A DNA stretch of 32,000 nt from Geotalea uraniireducens Rf4. Its GTDB lineage: Bacteria > Desulfobacterota > Desulfuromonadia > Geobacterales > Geobacteraceae. The stretch is from NCBI RefSeq assembly GCF_000016745.1, contig NC_009483.1:540001-572000 (forward strand). Reading direction: 5' to 3'. Position 1 is the first letter of the stretch. Each line of letters opens with the position of its first letter. The position numbers and the translations under genes were made by a program. Below are positions 8,132 through 14,217 of this stretch, one piece after another. Below the pieces are notes generated by a model. It did no database searches and was not told the DNA's origin. It saw nothing but the letters and a program-made list of their open reading frames with translations.

Positions 8132-9832
8132 ATGAACCGGAGCAAAGCGCTGTTCAGAACATTATTTCCGTCTTTACTGTTGGGTCTTTCGCTGCTCCAG
8201 GGTTGCGCGTCTATGGAGCCGGCAACCGGAAAGCAGGCGACGGCGTCGGCCAGCATATGCAACCAGGCCAACAGCGCCGTAATCGACTATTTCGGCCTCA
8301 TCGACAGCGCAAAAAAGGAACGACCCGAACTCGTTGAAGCCCTGGCGAAATTCCCCAAGGGTGCCGACCTCCATAACCACCTTTCGGGAACGGTTATGCC
8401 GGAAGACTATATTGCACTGGGGAGCGCAGAAGGCGACTGCTTCGGACCGGACACGAGCGTCCCGACCATGTATGCCATCACGACTGCCGCTGCATCCGGT
8501 GCATGCAATGCCGGTTTCAAGCCGCTGGCGAAGGCGAGCGCCGATGAGCGGCAAAAGCTGGTGCAGTCCCTGTCCATGTACCAGTTCGACTATCAAGGGA
8601 TCCAGTCCGGACACGATCAGTTCTTTGCGACCTTCGGCAGATTCGGAGCGGTATCCGGCTCATTCAGCAACGAGGGGCCGATGCTTGCGAAACTTCTGCA
8701 ACAGGCGAATGCGGACAATGTCATCTACGTCGAAACCATGATGTCCTTCCAGCCAGCGGCGGTCAGCCGCCTTGCCGACCTGCTGAGACAGAGATATCCC
8801 GACGCCTCGTATTACACGGAAAGCAGCAATTATCCCGCGCTGTTCGACTATTTGCTGAGTGCCGGATTGAAAAACGCCGTGATCGCGGCGCAGAAGGATA
8901 TCGCCGCATACGTGAGCAGTACGAATGCCGTACTCAGGTGCGGCGCTGCCGACCAGGACCCTGCCTGCGATGTTTCCTACGACTTTCAAGCTGCCGTGAA
9001 CCGGAATGCTTCAATGAAAGACGGGAGCGCCGACCTGCCGAAAATTTTCACGCAGACAGCCATCTCCTGTCTGCTCGCCGATGCTGAAAAACGGGTGGTG
9101 GGAGTGAACCTGCTGAGCGGCGAAGACCAGCCCGTCTCCATGCAAAGCTTCAGCACGCAGATGCAGTTTTTCAGCTATTTCCATGGCAGGTTTCCGAAGG
9201 TGAACATTGCTCTCCATGGGGGCGAAATCACGCCGTGTTTCGTTGGTGACGGTAATCCGGCGCTGAAGGACCATCTCACCGGTTCCATACGTGCGGGCGC
9301 GAAGCGGTTGGGTCATGCAGTTTCCTTCAGCTATTTGAACGATGTCGACAAGGCCGAAGTCGCCGCAGTGATGAAGAGCAATAACACCCTTGTGGAAATT
9401 CCGTTCACCAGCAATGCGCAGATACTGGGGGTCGCCGGCGAGGAACATCCGTTTCCGCAGTATTTTCGCAAGTATGGCATTCCCGCCGCTTTTTCGACGG
9501 ACGACGAGGGGGTTTCCCATGCCGACTACACGAGCGAATGGATCTACGCTGTCATGAAATACGGAATAACCTTCTCTGAAGCGGTACGGCTGGCGCGTTT
9601 CAGCATCCAGTACAGCTTCCTGCCCGGCGACCCGCTCTGGACGGACGTGGCGTCGGCAAAAATAGTCAGCCAGTGTGCTGGCCAGGCTCCGGGGAGCTCC
9701 GATCCCGCCGAACCATGCAGGGCCTTCCTTGCGGGCAGCGCGAAAGCCAGGACCCAATGGAGCTACGAAGCGAAGCTTTCCCGTTTTGACAACGAATACG
9801 GACCAAAGCTGAGGAAGTATCTCGGGAATTGA
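8132..9832 (+). CDS. Adenosine/AMP-deaminase-family metallohydrolase, predicted lipoprotein
   Basis: The ORF is 566 aa, with a GGAG SD at 8122-8125. The signal peptide has the lipobox LSLLQGC. The metal-binding motif is ADLHNHLSGT (HxH), and the C-terminal STDDEGVSH resembles the (S/N)TDDP deaminase signature. Confidence 0.8.
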   Translation: MNRSKALFRTLFPSLLLGLSLLQGCASMEPATGKQATASASICNQANSAVIDYFGLIDSAKKERPELVEALAKFPKGADLHNHLSGTVMPEDYIALGSAEGDCFGPDTSVPTMYAITTAAASGACNAGFKPLAKASADERQKLVQSLSMYQFDYQGIQSGHDQFFATFGRFGAVSGSFSNEGPMLAKLLQQANADNVIYVETMMSFQPAAVSRLADLLRQRYPDASYYTESSNYPALFDYLLSAGLKNAVIAAQKDIAAYVSSTNAVLRCGAADQDPACDVSYDFQAAVNRNASMKDGSADLPKIFTQTAISCLLADAEKRVVGVNLLSGEDQPVSMQSFSTQMQFFSYFHGRFPKVNIALHGGEITPCFVGDGNPALKDHLTGSIRAGAKRLGHAVSFSYLNDVDKAEVAAVMKSNNTLVEIPFTSNAQILGVAGEEHPFPQYFRKYGIPAAFSTDDEGVSHADYTSEWIYAVMKYGITFSEAVRLARFSIQYSFLPGDPLWTDVASAKIVSQCAGQAPGSSDPAEPCRAFLAGSAKARTQWSYEAKLSRFDNEYGPKLRKYLGN

Positions 9833-9992
9833 GACACGGGCGAATTCAGGGTCAAAGTGCACCACTACGTGCTTGCGTGGCTGACGAGATGTTGTTGATT
9901 TGGGTTCAATCGTATTTAAACTGAAAGTCCAGAAAACATAAATTTAACCCTCTTTCAGCGTTGTCCGTTAGGTCTTTGCATTAAGTTTTTTA

Positions 9993-10143
9993 GCCCCATT
10001 AGGGGTGTTCGCATGTAGCCGGGGGATTCATCCCCCGGAACAGATCCCAGAATATCCCCACGTCACGTACGTGACGTGATGAAATTTGCCGCAATGACCG
10101 GGGAATGAATTCCCCGGCTACCAGCATTCTGTCCCTACGGGAC
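9993..10143. repeat. Cluster of five GC-stem hairpins/palindromes, including a perfect 20-bp palindrome flanked by inverted hairpin copies
   Basis: The elements are CCCCATTAGGGG (about 9995-10006), CCGGGGGA-TTCA-TCCCCCGG (10019-10038), CACGTCACGTACGTGACGTG (10059-10078), CCGGGGAAT-GA-ATTCCCCGG (10098-10117) and GTCCC-TAC-GGGAC (10131-10143). Segments 10015-10038 and 10098-10121 are inverted copies of each other. Confidence 0.7.
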
Positions 10144-10237
10144 GTAAGCAAAAACCGGACACTGCTGACCATCTTTCCTTTTTCCCCAGGCAGTCATTCT
10201 GCCCCTGTGCCGACTTGCGCCCATCACCGAAAAATAC

Positions 10238-10265
10238 TTGCAAAAAGCAAATAATTTTGTATAGT
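10238..10265 (+). promoter_or_regulatory. Candidate sigma-70 promoter of the marR-hgcAB unit: TTGCAA (10238-10243), 16-nt spacer, TATAGT (10260-10265); small palindrome TTGC-AAAAA-GCAA overlaps the -35
   Basis: Hexamers and spacing were read from the sequence. The site is 20 nt upstream of the ATG at 10285, with a GGAGGA SD at 10274-10279. Confidence 0.45.
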
Positions 10266-10284
10266 GTCTGTATGGAGGATTGAG

Positions 10285-10752
10285 ATGGATTCCGTACGAG
10301 AGCAATTGCAAATATTTGTGCGCCGGTTCGGGCTCCTGAACGCCACCTGTTGCGAGGCCTGCTGCGGCGAGGATGTATCGCTTGTGCAGAGCCACATCCT
10401 CTTCGAGATACGGCGCATGGGGGAACCGTCGATGCAGCAGGTGGCGGAGGAGCTGGGGATTGACGTCACCACCTTCAGCCGCCAGGTCAAGGCCATGGAA
10501 GGGGACGGGCTGGTGACGCGCCGCCCGTCGGAGAGGGATCGCCGGGTGAGCCTGCTTGGGCTGACCGACGAGGGACGGCGAGTGCTGGTCCGGATCGATC
10601 GCTACATGGCGGAGAAGATCGGCCAGATCTTTTCGGTGATGACCCCTTTCGAACGGGAGGTTACAACCCGTTCGCTGGCTCTCTTCAACGAGGCGCTGGC
10701 CAAGGTCGGTGAGGCTGCTTCCGATGGAAAAAACATTGCATGCTGCAACTAA
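10285..10752 (+). CDS. MarR-family winged-helix transcriptional regulator with vicinal cysteine pairs
   Basis: ORF 10264-10752 was trimmed to the ATG at 10285. The MarR-like core is SLVQSHILFEIRR...MQQVAEELGIDVTTFSRQVKAMEGDGLVTRRPSERDRRVSLLGLTDEGR. It carries CCEACC at 10348-10365 and a C-terminal ...IACCN (CC at 10741-10746). Confidence 0.88.
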   Translation: MDSVREQLQIFVRRFGLLNATCCEACCGEDVSLVQSHILFEIRRMGEPSMQQVAEELGIDVTTFSRQVKAMEGDGLVTRRPSERDRRVSLLGLTDEGRRVLVRIDRYMAEKIGQIFSVMTPFEREVTTRSLALFNEALAKVGEAASDGKNIACCN

Positions 10753-10768
10753 TATTGGGGCGGGTGAG

Positions 10769-10942
10769 ATGATGAAAGTTCAGAAAACGGGGAAGGTCGA
10801 GTGGTCGAATGTAAAGCTGGCGACGCCTGCCGGCTGCGGTCCCGCTGCCGGTAACGGGCTGGAGAAGCCCCCCTGCTGAGGCCCCCGCATCTCCGCCGGC
10901 GGCGGAGCGATTGATGAAACGGTTCCCGGCTTCCTGGGGTGG
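10769..10942 (+). other. Open, coding-like extension of the hgcA frame, interrupted by a single in-frame TGA (10877-10879). It is either a Sec-containing N-terminal extension of HgcA or a separate 36-codon leader ORF
   Basis: The ATGATG at 10769 is in the same frame as hgcA (both coordinates equal 2 mod 3). It lies 16 nt after the marR stop and has a GGGGCGGGTGAG SD-like run. Translation gives MMKVQKTGKVEWSNVKLATPAGCGPAAGNGLEKPPC-TGA-GPRISAGGGAIDETVPGFLGWL, then TTDAGRF... Third codon positions are strongly G/C on both sides of the TGA. Confidence 0.45.
10891..10907 (+). promoter_or_regulatory. SECIS-like hairpin candidate downstream of the in-frame UGA
   Basis: The stem is CUCCGCC-GGC-GGCGGAG, 7 bp and perfect, with a G-containing apical loop. 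It starts 11 nt after the UGA at 10877-10879. Confidence 0.35.
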
Positions 10943-11929
10943 TTGACGACCGATGCGGGGCGGTTCCCGCAGGTGGCGTCGGAGCTTGCCTGGACAGACC
11001 GGCTCGGCGGATGGAAGGCGCGTTGGGGGATCGGCCGCATGAGCTACCTGATTCCCGCCGGTCTCTACGCCGTAGGCCAGCCGACCCCGGCCGATCCCGT
11101 TGTGGTGACGGCCAATTACAAGATGAGCTACGATCTGGTGCGGCGCTCACTGGCCGGCCGCAACGTCTGGCTGCTGGTGCTGGAGACTTTCGGCATTAAC
11201 GTCTGGTGTGCGGCGGGGAAGGGAACCTTCGGCACGGACGAGCTGGTACGGCGCATCGGCGCGACCGGACTGGCGCAGGTGGTAACCCATCGGCGCCTGC
11301 TCCTGCCGATTCTGGGTGCGCCCGGCGTGGCTGCCCACGAGGTGGCCGGGCTGACCGGTTTTACGGTCAGATACGCGACGATCCGGGCCGACGACCTGCC
11401 GGCCTATCTGGACAACGGCATGGTGACGACTCCGGCGATGCGGGAACTGACCTTTACCTTTCGGGAGCGGCTCGTGCTTATCCCGGTGGAACTGGTGCTG
11501 GCACTGAAGCCGACGGCCGCTGTCTGTGCGGTAATCTTCCTGTTGGCAGCCCTGCTCGGGGGTGTTCCTGCCGGGCTCTGGACCCTTTTGGCCTATGCCG
11601 GCGCGGTCTTTACCGGCATAGCGGTTGCGCCGCTTCTCCTTCCATGGCTTCCGGTGCGAAGCTTTGCCGTCAAGGGCGCGCTGGCAGGTCTTGCCTGGAG
11701 CACGGGCTACTATCTGCTCGCTGGCGGCGGCAGCTGGAGTGTGCCGGTGGCGATTGCAGCATTTCTGACCCTGCCGGCGGTGAGCGCCTTCTACACCCTC
11801 AATTTCACGGGGTGCACCACGTTTACCTCCCGTTCCGGCGTGAAGAAGGAAATGCGGCTCGCCCTGCCGGTCATGGGGGGCGCCCTTGCCGTCAGTGCAC
11901 TGTTGCTGGTGGCGGGGTTGTTTCTGTAG
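10943..11929 (+). CDS. hgcA: Mercury-methylation corrinoid protein HgcA (minimal extent as tracked; the true start may be 10769 with UGA read-through)
   Basis: The diagnostic cap-helix motif NVWCAAGK is at 11198-11221, in GINVWCAAGKGTFGTDELVRR. The C-terminal half is multi-pass transmembrane. An HgcB-type ferredoxin gene follows directly. The tracked start at 10943 is a TTG with weak initiation context. Confidence 0.92.
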   Translation: MTTDAGRFPQVASELAWTDRLGGWKARWGIGRMSYLIPAGLYAVGQPTPADPVVVTANYKMSYDLVRRSLAGRNVWLLVLETFGINVWCAAGKGTFGTDELVRRIGATGLAQVVTHRRLLLPILGAPGVAAHEVAGLTGFTVRYATIRADDLPAYLDNGMVTTPAMRELTFTFRERLVLIPVELVLALKPTAAVCAVIFLLAALLGGVPAGLWTLLAYAGAVFTGIAVAPLLLPWLPVRSFAVKGALAGLAWSTGYYLLAGGGSWSVPVAIAAFLTLPAVSAFYTLNFTGCTTFTSRSGVKKEMRLALPVMGGALAVSALLLVAGLFL

Positions 11930-11946
11930 CGGAACGGGGAGGCATA

Positions 11947-12237
11947 ATGAAAGACTTCAGATATTTGCGAAACGTGGCGACGCTGGAACTGCGTGAGTCC
12001 GCCTGCATCGGCTGCGGCAGGTGCGTGGAGGTCTGCCCGCACAAGGTATTCTCCCTTGCGGAAAAGCGGTCCCGCATCGTCGACTTCGATGGCTGCATGG
12101 AGTGCGGCGCCTGCGCGAAGAACTGTCCGACCGCTGCCATAAAGGTAGATGCCGGGGTCGGCTGCGCCTCGGGGCTGATCACTGAATGGCTCCGGGAGCG
12201 GAACATCCGCGGGGTCGGCGGCGGGTGTTGTTCTTAG
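11947..12237 (+). CDS. hgcB: Mercury-methylation 2[4Fe-4S] ferredoxin HgcB
   Basis: The ATG at 11947 has a GGGGAGG SD and lies 17 nt after the hgcA stop. The protein is 96 aa, with CIGCGRCVEVCP and CMECGACAKNCP motifs and a C-terminal vicinal pair GGGCCS (CC at 12226-12231). The tracked 343-aa ORF 11206-12237 is an out-of-frame over-extension across hgcA. Confidence 0.92.
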   Translation: MKDFRYLRNVATLELRESACIGCGRCVEVCPHKVFSLAEKRSRIVDFDGCMECGACAKNCPTAAIKVDAGVGCASGLITEWLRERNIRGVGGGCCS

Positions 12238-12249
12238 CCGACAGGGCCT

Positions 12250-12834
12250 TCAGGAGGGCTCGACGCGCATGCGCGGCGCCGGAAACTTTCTGCCGACGAT
12301 GGCCTTGTGCCGGGCGCGCAACTCCTCCATTCCCCCTTCCAGAAAAGAGAGTGTTCTCTTGTCTTCCAGTTCGTTCAGATAGGCATCAGCCAGCGTTGCC
12401 ATGAGGGCGTTGTACTTTTGGGTTGAACTGCCGTGGGCGTAGTTTCTGCCGGGGAAGCGGCGGATGTCGCCGTTGAATTCCGGTGCGACGTGATAGAGTT
12501 CGTGGAGGACGGTTATCAGTTTTTCTTTTAGTGGAAGATTGAGAAAGCGGGGGACGAGGAAATAGATGATGTAGAGGATCTCGGTGTCGCGGTGGGTGAC
12601 GGGGGGCATGGAACAGATGAAGGTGCGGCGGCCGCGGCGGGCTGTCGTGGTCCGGCTGCCGTCTTTGAAGCGGAGCGGGTGGATCTTGGCGTAAGTGCCG
12701 TGAATGCCGCCGTTGCGGGTGTTTGAGATGCAGACGAGGAGCTGTTGCGGGTCGATGTGGCCGAACTCCGGCATCCGCCGGACGATGTCGGCAATGAGCC
12801 GCTCCAGCTCCCCTGTCAGGTTGAGGGTAGTCAT
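12250..12834 (-). CDS. Hypothetical protein with an HExxH motif (putative zinc metallopeptidase-like)
   Basis: The ORF is 194 aa. HELYH is encoded at 12490-12504 (minus strand). No signal peptide is apparent. It is convergent on hgcB with only a 12-nt gap. Confidence 0.7.
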   Translation of the reverse strand: MTTLNLTGELERLIADIVRRMPEFGHIDPQQLLVCISNTRNGGIHGTYAKIHPLRFKDGSRTTTARRGRRTFICSMPPVTHRDTEILYIIYFLVPRFLNLPLKEKLITVLHELYHVAPEFNGDIRRFPGRNYAHGSSTQKYNALMATLADAYLNELEDKRTLSFLEGGMEELRARHKAIVGRKFPAPRMRVEPS

Positions 12835-12893
12835 TGTTCTAGAGGACGAAGGAACGGGGTTCGAGGTTCGAGAAAACCCGCATCCTTGCCCCT

Positions 12894-13184
12894 TTAACCT
12901 TGCGCCTGGAGTTTATGGCAGAACAGGCAGCGCATCGGGCCGTCTTTCGGCTTGACCGGATGTTTCGGCGGGAAGGGGATCCCCCCCTGCTCATTGTGGC
13001 AGGCGGGACAGCCTTTGTCCGCCTCCATCTTGCTGCCGGTCTGTTTTACGATTTCGTAAAAAGGTTTATGCTTGTCGTCGAGGGGGACCCGTTTGGTCTT
13101 TTCTTTGCCGGAAATGGCAATAAAAATAACCAGTACCACACCGATTATGGCGATAAATATCCAGTCGTTTTTGCTGATTTTCAT
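12894..13184 (-). CDS. Small membrane-anchored diheme c-type cytochrome
   Basis: The ORF is 96 aa. The N-terminal anchor is WIFIAIIGVVLVIFIAI, and there are two CXXCH motifs (CPACH, CLFCH). A GGAGGGAAT SD precedes the ATG. Confidence 0.85.
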   Translation of the reverse strand: MKISKNDWIFIAIIGVVLVIFIAISGKEKTKRVPLDDKHKPFYEIVKQTGSKMEADKGCPACHNEQGGIPFPPKHPVKPKDGPMRCLFCHKLQAQG

Positions 13185-13204
13185 CTATTCCCTCCTGTTT
13201 AATC

Positions 13205-13253
13205 GTGAGAAGTGAGAAGTAAGTAGTAAGAAGTAAGTCGTGAGTCGTAGAGG
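13205..13253. repeat. Degenerate heptamer tandem array, 7 units of GTRAGNN
   Basis: The units are GTGAGAA GTGAGAA GTAAGTA GTAAGAA GTAAGTC GTGAGTC GTAGAGG, read directly. The array lies in the 5' leader/promoter region of the minus-strand diheme cytochrome gene. Confidence 0.8.
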
Positions 13254-13265
13254 CTTTTACCGATT

Positions 13266-13286
13266 CCCAGTCCCCAGTCCCCAGTA
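13266..13286. repeat. Heptamer tandem repeat CCCAGTC x3
   Basis: CCCAGTC CCCAGTC CCCAGTA, read directly. Confidence 0.8.
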
Positions 13287-13318
13287 CACTGTAACATCTG
13301 AATCTAACCCCCCTCAGT

Positions 13319-13371
13319 CCCCCCTTACCTAAGGGGGGAAGCCTTGAAGTCTCCCCTTAGATAAGGGGAGA
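13319..13371. repeat. Two adjacent related hairpins sharing a CCCCTTA-NN-TAAGGGG core
   Basis: CCCCCCTTA-CC-TAAGGGGGG (13319-13338) and TCTCCCCTTA-GA-TAAGGGGAGA (13350-13371). They lie downstream of the minus-strand activase gene and could act as a terminator, but no clear U-tract is present. Confidence 0.65.
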
Positions 13372-13413
13372 TTTAGAGGGGTTATCCGCAAAAATAAGTG
13401 TTACATGGTACTA

Positions 13414-13434
13414 GTTCCCAGTTCCCAGTTCCTA
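13414..13434. repeat. Heptamer tandem repeat GTTCCCA x3, overlapping the stop codon of the activase gene
   Basis: GTTCCCA GTTCCCA GTTCCTA. It shares the CCCAG core with the array at 13266-13286. Imperfect inverted segments TACACTGTAACA (13285-13296) and TGTTACATGGTA (about 13399-13410) lie just inside the two arrays. Confidence 0.75.
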
Positions 13435-14217
13435 TCCCAAAAAAGCGCAGCCGATGGCGCCGTTATGCTGCGGATGCTCCGGTACGGTCACTGTCATCCC
13501 GGTTTCCATTTCCAGAAGCCGGACCAGTGCCTTATTCAAAGCCACACCGCCGGTCAGCACCAGCTTTTCGCCCGGGAAGCGCTTAAGCATCGGCATCACG
13601 CGCTTGACCAGGGTCTGGTTGACTCCGGCGCAGAGCCGTCCGACGGGATAGCCGCGCAGGATCTGGCCGATCAGCTCCGACTCGCCGAAAATGCCGCAGG
13701 TGGCATCGAGGGTTACCGGCTCCTCCCAGTGGGAGGATAGCTCGTCAAGGCTCACCTCAAGAATCGACGCCATGTTTTCCAGGTAGCGGCCGCTCGATGC
13801 GGCGCATTTGTCGTTCATGACGAAGTCGGCGAGCCTGCCCCCCTTGACCAGCGCCACCTTGGTGTCCTGTCCCCCCATGTCGAGCAGGGTGAAATTTTTC
13901 AGGCCGGTCTGCATGATGGCGCCGGACACGTGGGCCCTGATCTCGGAAATTACCAGGGCGCCGCGCATGGAGATGGTGTTGCGTCCGTAACCGGTTACTA
14001 TTACGGATGCCGCAGAGAGTTCCTCTTCAGAGAACAGCCCGCTTCCCGCCAGGTCGAGCAGCAGGTCATCACCATCGACCCTGCCGAAACGCTTGTAAAA
14101 GGTGACGGTATCGTAATCGGCCAGCCTGCTTATGGCCCCATTGGCGAGGAGGGCGAACTTCGCCTTCCTGCTCCCCAGGTCGATGCCTATTTTCATGGTC
14201 ATATCATTCACCATCAA
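13432..14217 (-). CDS. Acyl-CoA dehydratase activase-type ATPase (BcrAD/BadFG/HgdC family)
   Basis: The motifs are MKIGIDLGS, GYGR, DMGGQDTKV, NDKCAASSGRYLE and LTGGVALN, in the family order. The start is ambiguous: the ATG at 14217 overlaps the upstream gene by 14 nt, and ATGs at 14202 or 14196 are alternatives. Confidence 0.88.
   Translation of the reverse strand: MMVNDMTMKIGIDLGSRKAKFALLANGAISRLADYDTVTFYKRFGRVDGDDLLLDLAGSGLFSEEELSAASVIVTGYGRNTISMRGALVISEIRAHVSGAIMQTGLKNFTLLDMGGQDTKVALVKGGRLADFVMNDKCAASSGRYLENMASILEVSLDELSSHWEEPVTLDATCGIFGESELIGQILRGYPVGRLCAGVNQTLVKRVMPMLKRFPGEKLVLTGGVALNKALVRLLEMETGMTVTVPEHPQHNGAIGCAFLG

Noticed and set aside
10749-11150. 133-aa minus-strand ORF and other short ORFs across the marR-hgcA junction
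   Set aside because: They are Arg/Ser/Pro-rich shadow frames. The plus-strand frame shows coding periodicity and continues into the HgcA domain.
11206-11946. N-terminal 247 codons of the tracked 343-aa ORF 11206-12237
   Set aside because: This stretch is out of frame with, and entirely overlaps, hgcA, and it is Arg/Gly/Ala-rich. A proper SD and ATG at 11947 give a 96-aa protein with complete HgcB features.
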